The position numbers and the translations under genes are program-made. The notes beneath the pieces were generated by a model. That model saw only the letters and a program-made list of their open reading frames with translations, searched no databases and was not told the origin of the DNA. A DNA stretch of 37,290 nt, taken from the IMG/VR virus record IMGVR_UViG_3300028394_000043; one strand, given 5' to 3'. This DNA is from a virus (Duplodnaviria > Heunggongvirae > Uroviricota > Caudoviricetes). Below, piece after piece: positions 30,220 through 37,290 of this stretch; the stretch's first letter is position 1, and the number at the start of each line of letters is the position of its first letter.

Positions 30220-31467
30220 ATGAAAATATTTGTACAGATAGCCGCCTATCGTGACCCCCAACTTATCCCAACAATTAAATCTATGTTGGAGAATGCTAAA
30301 AAACCTAAAAATGTTGTAATCGGAATTTGTCGTCAATATCATCCGGAAGATGGGTTTGATGATTTATCTGAATATGCGAAAGATAAACGATTCAGAGTTG
30401 TTGATGTTTTATACTCAGAATCAAAAGGTGTTTGTTGGGCAAGAAACCAAGTACAACAATTATATAAAGGTGAGGAGTATACCCTTCAAATTGATTCACA
30501 TATGAGATTTGAAAAAGATTGGGACGATACCTTAATCAAAATGATTAAACAACTTCAAAAGAAAGGTTTTGAGAAACCTTTATTAACAGGGTACGTATCT
30601 TCTTTTGACCCTGATAATGACCCGGCGATGAGAGTTAGAGAACCTTGGAGAATGTCTTTTGATAGATTCATTCCTGAAGGTGCTGTATTCTTCTTACCTG
30701 AAACAATTCCGGGATGGCAACAAATGACCGAACCGGTTACCGCAAGATTCTATTCCGCTCACTTCGCATTTACATTAGGTCAATTTAGTGTTGAGGTTCA
30801 ACACGACCCTGAGTTTTATTTCCACGGAGAAGAAATCTCAATAGCTGTTAGAGCATTCACTCACGGATATGATTTATTCCACCCACATAAAGTAGTTATT
30901 TGGCACGAGTATACTCGTAAGGGTAGAACCAAACAATGGGATGACGATAAGGATTGGGTAAACAAAAATAATTTATCTCACCAAAAGAATAGACAATTAT
31001 TCGGTATGGATGGTGAAGAGGTTACTATGGATTTTAGTAAATATGGGTTTGGTACCGAAAGAACCTTAAAAGACTATGAAATATATTCAGGTCTTAGATT
31101 TTCACATAGAGCAATTCAACAATATACATTAGACAAACATTATCCACCAAACCCAACAATCTACGAGACAGAAGAAGAATGGGAAGCAAGTTTTGCAAGT
31201 ATCTTCAAACATTGTATTGATGTTAGTTTTGGACAAGTACCTGAGAAAGATTATGATTTTTGGGTTGTCGCATTCCACGATGAGAATGATGAAACATTAT
31301 TTAGAAAAGATGCTGATATCAATGAGATTAATAATATGATGAGAGACCCTGATGGGTATTGTAAAGTTTGGAGAGAATTTCAAACAATACATAAACCAAA
31401 ATACTGGGTTGTTTGGCCGTTTAGTAAGTCAAAAGGTTGGTGTGATAGAATAACAGGTAATCTATAA
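30220..31467 (+). CDS. GT60-like (Gnt1 / Pfam 'GlcNAc') polypeptide N-acetylhexosaminyltransferase
   Basis: IFVQIAAYRDP, GVCWAR, YTLQIDSHMRF..WD, F.GEE...AVRAFTHGYDLFHP...WHEY are the characteristic GT60 motifs, including the DSH metal-binding motif. Confidence 0.88.
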   Translation: MKIFVQIAAYRDPQLIPTIKSMLENAKKPKNVVIGICRQYHPEDGFDDLSEYAKDKRFRVVDVLYSESKGVCWARNQVQQLYKGEEYTLQIDSHMRFEKDWDDTLIKMIKQLQKKGFEKPLLTGYVSSFDPDNDPAMRVREPWRMSFDRFIPEGAVFFLPETIPGWQQMTEPVTARFYSAHFAFTLGQFSVEVQHDPEFYFHGEEISIAVRAFTHGYDLFHPHKVVIWHEYTRKGRTKQWDDDKDWVNKNNLSHQKNRQLFGMDGEEVTMDFSKYGFGTERTLKDYEIYSGLRFSHRAIQQYTLDKHYPPNPTIYETEEEWEASFASIFKHCIDVSFGQVPEKDYDFWVVAFHDENDETLFRKDADINEINNMMRDPDGYCKVWREFQTIHKPKYWVVWPFSKSKGWCDRITGNL

Positions 31468-31471
31468 TCTA

Positions 31472-32200
31472 ATGGTAAAATTTAATGATATAAAGATTGC
31501 GGATATAGGGTTTTATATAAATCTTGATATACGTGAAGATAGAAAAGAAAAAATAGAATCTCAATTAATAGATTTTAATATCACCGGAGTGGAAAGACAC
31601 TCGGCGTTTTCAAAAACAAATTCTCCAACATTAAATTGTAAAACAAGTCATTTACAATTAATGAAAAAATTTTTAGAAACCGATTTTGAAACATTATTAA
31701 TATTAGAAGATGATTGTTTGTTCTTAGATGTATTAAAAGAAAACGGTGATGAAATATTTAACGAAATAAATAATACCGATTGGGATATATTTTGGTTAGG
31801 TTGTAAAAATAGGAGAATGCCATTAAAATATAAAAATAATTGTTACCGTGTTTCTTCAGTGTCTTACGCTCAATCATATTTAATTAGAAGAAAATTTTGT
31901 AAATTCATAATGGAAAATTATTCTGAAAGTAATTTTAATGGTCGTGAGTCGTTTGAACAACCTTCCGGCACTGATGAATTGTTATCATTAGCCCCATATG
32001 GTATAGATGTTGTTGCCCATCCTGAAAAATATGATTATTATAATTTAGACCAACCATTGGACGTATTACCAACAATTTATACATCATTGTGTTATAAGTA
32101 CGCATTGACAACACAATATTCATCGTATAGTAATTTATGGCATTTTGTTGTAAATTATGAAGAGTACATTAAACAAGGATTCCCAAATGAAGAAGAATAA
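31472..32200 (+). CDS. GT25 family glycosyltransferase
   Basis: FYINLDIREDR, CKTSH, LILEDD, WDIFWLG, AQSYLI. Confidence 0.85.
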   Translation: MVKFNDIKIADIGFYINLDIREDRKEKIESQLIDFNITGVERHSAFSKTNSPTLNCKTSHLQLMKKFLETDFETLLILEDDCLFLDVLKENGDEIFNEINNTDWDIFWLGCKNRRMPLKYKNNCYRVSSVSYAQSYLIRRKFCKFIMENYSESNFNGRESFEQPSGTDELLSLAPYGIDVVAHPEKYDYYNLDQPLDVLPTIYTSLCYKYALTTQYSSYSNLWHFVVNYEEYIKQGFPNEEE

Positions 32201-32937
32201 TGAAGTTAGTCTCAATTACTTGGTCTAATGACCAAACCTTTGATTATAAAAATACGATTTTATATAAGTCGTTTATAAAACATAACGATGAAAATAATTT
32301 TATTAACATACATTTTAACAGAAACGAATATTCCGAACTTGAAAAAGACTTTGAGAATAATTACGGATATCAGTTTGAGTTTATCCTTTATAAAATATTT
32401 TTATTAAAAGATAAATTAAAAGAAATTGATGATAACATTATTGTTTATTGTGACACAAACGATGTTGTTTGTTTAGATAATATTAATAACATAGATTATA
32501 GAGAGGGTATTATTTTTTCGTCTGAAAAAAACAAATATCCTACGGATAATTCTTCGTGGAGTCCTGTATCTTCATATTCTGAATGGAATCTAAATAATAG
32601 TCTTTACCTAAATTCTGGTTTAATTGTTACAACTAAAGAATTATATCTTAAGTTATTAGATAATGTGATTGAGAATGTTATTCCATTAAACTATAAGAAT
32701 TTTGGTGGAGACCAAGGGGTTTATACCTATTACTACATTAATAATCTTTCGCCAAATATTAAGTTAGACGACACTTGCGAATTTTTTGTGAGTACATATT
32801 TGTCTTCAAGTAGTTGGTTTGAAAAGATAGGTGATAGACTAAAACATAAATTAACAAACACGACACCAATGTTTGTCCACGATAATGGATGGAATTATGG
32901 TAGTCCAAGAATAATAGAAGGATTTAATTTAATATGA
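32200..32937 (+). CDS. PLOD/LH3 glycosyltransferase-domain-like protein (paralog 1)
   Basis: VYCDTNDVV, IIFSSEKN.YP, YLNSGLIV, GDQ..YT, IKLD..C.FF, TPMFVHDNG follow the LH3 GT-domain motif order. Confidence 0.8.
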   Translation: MKLVSITWSNDQTFDYKNTILYKSFIKHNDENNFINIHFNRNEYSELEKDFENNYGYQFEFILYKIFLLKDKLKEIDDNIIVYCDTNDVVCLDNINNIDYREGIIFSSEKNKYPTDNSSWSPVSSYSEWNLNNSLYLNSGLIVTTKELYLKLLDNVIENVIPLNYKNFGGDQGVYTYYYINNLSPNIKLDDTCEFFVSTYLSSSSWFEKIGDRLKHKLTNTTPMFVHDNGWNYGSPRIIEGFNLI

Positions 32938-33668
32938 AAAAACACGCAGTAATTACAACATATTATTGTTATGGTTGTCAAAAACCATCACAACAAGATT
33001 TAAAAAATAAATTTAATTATGACGGTGATGTAGAAGACATCTACGTTAATTTTTCAAATGAATTTGACCCGTTTAATATGGATTCAATACCAAATGTTGG
33101 TGTTACAAGAAGACGGGATTTAGTTTACGGTAAAATATTTGTTTTAAGAAAATTTATTGAGGAAAATATTTTAGGAAAATACGAATATCTTTCACACATT
33201 GATTATAGCGATACTAAATTCAAAAGAAGTTGTGAGGAGATGGTTGATAAATTTATCCAAACGGGTGAGGATATTATTGTATCCACCGAAAAGAATTGTT
33301 GGCCTTACTTAGATGCCGTATCTAAATGGATGGAAACTAATCTTGAAGATAAGGAATTCTTCTATTTAAATTCCGGAGCTATCATCTCTAAAACAAACAC
33401 CTTTTATGAAATCATTAAAGAATTGGAAAACATCTGTTTAACAGTAGACTTAGATTTTTGGGACGACCAAGGTGTTTGGCAATACTATCACTTAAAAGTG
33501 AAAGAACTTAATAAAGATTCAATATGTGATTATTTCTTTTCAACAGCAATGTTAGATGAAACATATTATACACTTGAAAATAATACAATAAAAACTAAAT
33601 TTAACACGGAGCCGTATCTAATTCACGATAATTCAAGCTTCTCACTAAACCTAATTAAACAATTTTAA
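32934..33668 (+). CDS. PLOD/LH3 glycosyltransferase-domain-like protein (paralog 2)
   Basis: HIDYSDT, IIVSTEKNCWP, YLNSGAII, DDQGVWQ, KDSICDYFF, EPYLIHDN. Confidence 0.8.
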   Translation: MKKHAVITTYYCYGCQKPSQQDLKNKFNYDGDVEDIYVNFSNEFDPFNMDSIPNVGVTRRRDLVYGKIFVLRKFIEENILGKYEYLSHIDYSDTKFKRSCEEMVDKFIQTGEDIIVSTEKNCWPYLDAVSKWMETNLEDKEFFYLNSGAIISKTNTFYEIIKELENICLTVDLDFWDDQGVWQYYHLKVKELNKDSICDYFFSTAMLDETYYTLENNTIKTKFNTEPYLIHDNSSFSLNLIKQF

Positions 33669-33669
33669 T

Positions 33670-34275
33670 ATGAATATTACAGGATTTTTTGTCTATAGAA
33701 ATTTAACGACAATGCAACACACTTCAATTGAAGAAAAATTTACAAAATTACTTACAGAGATAAAACCGGTTAAGGTTTTAGAGATTGGTACATCGTCAGG
33801 TGGATTAACATTATTATTGAGAGATATTTTAGACAACAATGGTTTAGAATCAACAAGATTGGTTAGTTACGATGTTAATGACCCGGTATATTTAAGACAC
33901 TACGTTAACGAAGGTTCTAAAATTGAGTTAAGAGTTGAAAACATTTTTAATCATCAATACGACAAGTTAGAAAATGGTCAAGAAGTTATAGACATTATCA
34001 CATCAGAAGGTACCACATTAGTATTATGTGATGGTGGTAGTAAAAAGAATGAGTTTAGAATATTGTCTGACTACATAAAAGTTGGTGATGTTATAATGGC
34101 TCACGATTATGCCCCAAATGAAACTTACTTCCAAGAACATATAAACAACAAAGTTTGGAATTGGTTAGAGATACAAGATACCGACATTAACGAATCTTGT
34201 GTTAAAAATAATTTAGTTCCGTTTATGGAAGAAGACTTCAGACAAGTTGTATGGGCTTGTAAAATTAAACAATAA
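33670..34275 (+). CDS. Class I SAM methyltransferase (CmcI/Methyltransf_24-like, probable sugar O-methyltransferase)
   Basis: VLEIGTSSGGLT, VSYDV, VLCDGG, GDVIMAHD. Confidence 0.75.
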   Translation: MNITGFFVYRNLTTMQHTSIEEKFTKLLTEIKPVKVLEIGTSSGGLTLLLRDILDNNGLESTRLVSYDVNDPVYLRHYVNEGSKIELRVENIFNHQYDKLENGQEVIDIITSEGTTLVLCDGGSKKNEFRILSDYIKVGDVIMAHDYAPNETYFQEHINNKVWNWLEIQDTDINESCVKNNLVPFMEEDFRQVVWACKIKQ

Positions 34276-34284
34276 TCAATTTAT

Positions 34285-35970
34285 ATGAATACAGATATTA
34301 CAATAGTAACCGGTCTTTGGGACTTAGGTAGAGGAGATTTAGATTCTTGGGCTAAGAGAGATTTTAATTATTATAAAGAACGTTTTTTTGAAATGTTAGA
34401 GGTAGATGTTCAAATGTGTATATGGATACCTTCAGATTTAAAATCAGATGTTGAACGTATCAGAGGAGATAAACCTACAAGGATTTTTATTAAAGAAGTT
34501 TCTGACTTTAAAAATTGGAACCCATTTTTTGATAGAATACAAGAGATTAGACAAAAAGAAAGTTGGTTATCTCAAGCCGGTTGGTTAAGAGAATCACCAC
34601 AAGCCACTTTAGAATCATACAACGCGATGATGTTTACTAAAATGTTTATGTTAAACGATTCAGCAATAACCAATCCATTTAACAGTAAATATTTTTATTG
34701 GATTGATGGTGGTTTAACAAACACTGTTAATAAAGGGTATTTCCAAAAAGACTTAGTCTTAGATAACTTAAGTAATTTTATGTCTCAAAAAGATGCTAAG
34801 TATGTTCATTTAGCATATCCTTACGAGGGTAACACAGAGATTCACGGGTTTGAAAGAACTGCGATGGCAAGATATTGTGATACAGATTATGTTGGATACG
34901 TTTGTAGAGGAGGATTCTTTGGTGGGGATAAAGATACGATACATCAACTAAACTCATTGTATTATTCTGTAATGGAAAATACTTTAAGAAGTGGATATAT
35001 GGGAGCTGATGAATGTTTATTCACAATATTAACTCACACTTATCCTAATTTAATTTATAAGTTTGATATTGAGGGGAATGGTCTTGTGTGGCCGTTTTTT
35101 GAGGAACTTAAAAAGTATGACCAAGAATTTGTTAAAAACAATAAGGTATCAAAAATAAATACTGATAATGTGGGGTTATATGTAATAACATTCAATTCTC
35201 CAAAACAGTTAGAAGTATTAATTGATTCTATGTTAGAGTATGATAAGGATTTTATAGAAAAACCTAAAAAATATTTATTAGATAATTCAACAGATTTAAC
35301 AACAACACCAAGATATATTGAACTATGTGAACAATACGGTTTTGAACACATTAAAAAAGATAATATTGGAATAGTTGGTGGTAGAGTATTTGTTGCTGAC
35401 CATTTTAACAATACAGACTTAGATTGTTATTTTTGGTTTGAGGACGATATGGCGTTTTATCCGAAGAAGGGAGAAGTTTGTAAAAATGGATTCAATAGAT
35501 ATACCGATAAATTATATCAAAAAAGTTTAGAGATTATTAAAAAAGAAAATTTTGATTTTTTAAAACTTAATTTTACCGAATTTTTTGGTGATAATAGTGT
35601 TCAATGGAGTTGGTATAATGTACCACAAGAGTTTAGACAAAAACATTGGCCAAATAATACAAAATTACCTGTACAAGGTTTAGACCCAAACTCACCTAAA
35701 ACAAAATTTAATGAAATTAGTGTGTATAAAGGATTGGGTTATATTACCGGAGAGATTTATTTATCAAACTGGCCTATAGTATTAACTAGAGAGGGTAACT
35801 ATAAATGTTATTTAGAAACTACGTGGGCACATCCATTTGAACAAACTCTAATGTCATATTGTTATCAAGAAACTGTTAAGGGAAATGTTAATCCGGGTCT
35901 ATTGTTATTAACACCAACCGAACACGATAGATTTGATTTTTATGATGCTAAATTAAGAAAAGAAAGTTAA
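34285..35970 (+). CDS. Fusion: HtrL/YibB (WlaTC)-like glycosyltransferase + GT2-like domain
   Basis: N-half: TIVTGLWDLGRG, KMFML..AI..NPF.S.YF.WIDGG, GGFFGG, ADE. C-half: LYVITFNSP, LLDNS, FWFEDD. Confidence 0.75.
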   Translation: MNTDITIVTGLWDLGRGDLDSWAKRDFNYYKERFFEMLEVDVQMCIWIPSDLKSDVERIRGDKPTRIFIKEVSDFKNWNPFFDRIQEIRQKESWLSQAGWLRESPQATLESYNAMMFTKMFMLNDSAITNPFNSKYFYWIDGGLTNTVNKGYFQKDLVLDNLSNFMSQKDAKYVHLAYPYEGNTEIHGFERTAMARYCDTDYVGYVCRGGFFGGDKDTIHQLNSLYYSVMENTLRSGYMGADECLFTILTHTYPNLIYKFDIEGNGLVWPFFEELKKYDQEFVKNNKVSKINTDNVGLYVITFNSPKQLEVLIDSMLEYDKDFIEKPKKYLLDNSTDLTTTPRYIELCEQYGFEHIKKDNIGIVGGRVFVADHFNNTDLDCYFWFEDDMAFYPKKGEVCKNGFNRYTDKLYQKSLEIIKKENFDFLKLNFTEFFGDNSVQWSWYNVPQEFRQKHWPNNTKLPVQGLDPNSPKTKFNEISVYKGLGYITGEIYLSNWPIVLTREGNYKCYLETTWAHPFEQTLMSYCYQETVKGNVNPGLLLLTPTEHDRFDFYDAKLRKES

Positions 35971-35985
35971 TTTCATATATTAAAG

Positions 35986-35993
35986 TATTTATA
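35986..35993 (+). promoter_or_regulatory. TATTTATA motif, candidate late promoter element
   Basis: aagTATTTATAat, 13 nt before the ATG at 36007. Confidence 0.6.
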
Positions 35994-36006
35994 ATAAAAA
36001 CTTTAG

Positions 36007-36423
36007 ATGGAATTTTTTATTAAAAAGAAAACAACTTTACCGGTATTAAAATTACAAGTAGTTAAAGACGGTAGAAGCGACTATAATCATTTTATGAAAG
36101 AGATAGAATTATCTTCTATCTTTTTCTCTATGGTTGATGTTGAGACCGGGTTAATAAAGATAAATTCAAAACTTGCCGGGTTTGTTGAAAAAACTTTTTC
36201 TGACCCAAACGCAGAACCTGAATACTATATTTATTACCAATTTACATCAATTGATACTAATAAAGTTGGTAGATATGAAGGTCAATTCCTTCTTAGAAAC
36301 GATGACGGGGTATTAATAGTACCAATCAGAGAACAATTATTTATTAATGTTCAAGAATCATTTGTTGCTGATGATTTAATTTACGACACACCACACACTT
36401 CAGAATTTCCTTGCTGTAACTAA
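36007..36423 (+). CDS. Putative virion structural protein, BppU N-terminal-like Ig fold
   Basis: 138 aa. FFIKK..TLP.L at the start and YYQF...DT..VG.Y.GQF......LIVP near the end resemble BppU-type baseplate domains. Confidence 0.5.
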   Translation: MEFFIKKKTTLPVLKLQVVKDGRSDYNHFMKEIELSSIFFSMVDVETGLIKINSKLAGFVEKTFSDPNAEPEYYIYYQFTSIDTNKVGRYEGQFLLRNDDGVLIVPIREQLFINVQESFVADDLIYDTPHTSEFPCCN

Positions 36424-36450
36424 ATAAAATATTTTTTTGTCAATTCTAAC

Positions 36451-36458
36451 TATTTATA
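36451..36458 (+). promoter_or_regulatory. TATTTATA motif, candidate late promoter element
   Basis: aacTATTTATAgt, 15 nt before the ATG at 36474. Confidence 0.6.
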
Positions 36459-36473
36459 GTTAAAAAACATTGT

Positions 36474-37290
36474 ATGGCAAATATTAAGTATTTAGTAAAA
36501 AATTTAAGTTCAAGTATTGTATTGTTGAGTTACCAAAACTCTAATGACAATATGTGGAATTACCAAATTGTATTAAGACCGGGACAGACTAAAAATATTT
36601 GGTGTGTAGAAGGTACTTTATCACATTCAGGAAGAAATGGTGACGTTAGTATTACTATTGATAATAGTACTTGTAGTATTACACCTACAACTTCTCCAAC
36701 ACCTATTGTAGGTGACTCAAACCCATTGGTGTTAACACCGGTTTATTATCCGGGGTCTATTGGTGTGGTTTATACGTTATCATCTAAATATCCTTCAGAT
36801 ACTGATATTACCGTTAATTTTACTAACATATTAGGAACTATAGATAATGGTGGAATTTCTATTAAAAGTTCTGTGACTTTATTTACCGGAGAAAAATCGG
36901 CTTCAACTCAAGTTGTAATTGACGGTGATTTTACTACATTAAATGATTCAACATTATTCTCTGATGTTGTAGTAACAACAGATAGTCCTTCCCAATATTT
37001 TGAAACACCAATATCGGCACCACCATCAGTTCTTAGACCTATAAAACCTATTGACCCAATTTACTATGTTTCATATTTAGTTGGAAGTTGTTGTTACTCT
37101 GGAGTGACAGGTATTATGTCGTTACCTATGGGTGGTTTTATGTCTGTTGATTGGATAAATACTATTGTAGTAGACTCAACAGGAAACTGTTATTACGTTA
37201 TTAGTGAATATTCGCCTATATTGTTTCCTGACCCGGCGACTATGAAACCTAAAATTTTGACTTATGCAAACATTTACTATAAAAATTGTG
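36474..37290 (+). CDS. 3'-truncated modular Cys/Pro-Thr putative virion protein, not in the ORF track
   Basis: Open from the ATG at 36474 to the window end: MANIKYLVKNLSSS..NIWCVEGT..CSITPTTSPTP..GSCCYSG..GNCYYVI..YKNC. Confidence 0.85.
   Translation, partial: MANIKYLVKNLSSSIVLLSYQNSNDNMWNYQIVLRPGQTKNIWCVEGTLSHSGRNGDVSITIDNSTCSITPTTSPTPIVGDSNPLVLTPVYYPGSIGVVYTLSSKYPSDTDITVNFTNILGTIDNGGISIKSSVTLFTGEKSASTQVVIDGDFTTLNDSTLFSDVVVTTDSPSQYFETPISAPPSVLRPIKPIDPIYYVSYLVGSCCYSGVTGIMSLPMGGFMSVDWINTIVVDSTGNCYYVISEYSPILFPDPATMKPKILTYANIYYKNC

Noticed and set aside
294-35411. Short ORFs overlapping real genes (e.g. 294-533, 1837-2055, 2788-3018, 19934-20125, 21268-21468, 21653-21841, 22323-22520, 22724-22972, 24734-24964, 26605-26811, 28462-28653, 31935-32123, 35055-35411)
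   Set aside because: They lie antisense or out of frame within longer genes with recognisable motifs and have no independent support.
21214-35970. Cellular LPS/capsule locus or DNA hypermodification cluster
   Set aside because: No flippase, polymerase, transporter, priming phosphoglycosyltransferase or membrane proteins, and no nucleotide-modifying enzymes; the neighbours are fibre-like genes. Not excluded without the rest of the genome.
1-37290. Stop-codon recoding (no called gene ends in TAG)
   Set aside because: Genes are full length and tightly packed under the standard code with no in-frame TAG or TGA; TAA preference is expected in AT-rich DNA, and TGA is used as a stop in ATGA overlaps.
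1-37290. Eukaryotic giant virus (NCLDV) origin, given collagen, GT60 and PLOD-like genes
   Set aside because: Operon-style ATGA/TAATG overlaps, very short intergenic gaps and Aah/TibC-, HtrL- and BppU-like genes favour a bacteriophage. Disfavoured rather than disproved.

Overview
AT-rich, gene-dense window with almost no Shine-Dalgarno motifs. It most plausibly comes from a very large tailed phage; a Bacteroidota host is my inference, since no capsid, terminase or polymerase gene is present. Two kinds of genes alternate. (1) Putative virion-surface/fibre genes on the + strand: Pro/Thr mucin-like proteins, a C1q/BclA-like head protein, a BppU-like protein, and a 5972-aa protein whose core is 1828 consecutive in-register Gly-X-Y triplets (mostly Gly-Thr-Ser/Gly-Thr-Thr, only 4 Pro, no Lys). 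(2) Two cassettes (21214-27470 minus, 30220-35970 plus) encoding about 11 glycosyltransferase domains and 3 SAM methyltransferase domains. These include two families known to glycosylate proteins directly (GT60/Gnt1-like and Aah/TibC-like) and relatives of collagen-modifying enzymes (GT25/COLGALT-like, two PLOD/LH3 GT-domain-like). The best candidate for an undescribed system is a virus-encoded pathway that builds methylated O-glycans on a micrometre-scale, proline-free collagen-like fibre and on mucin-like virion proteins. A TATTTATA motif precedes the structural genes but not the enzyme cassettes. All family assignments come from motif recognition by eye, not database searches.
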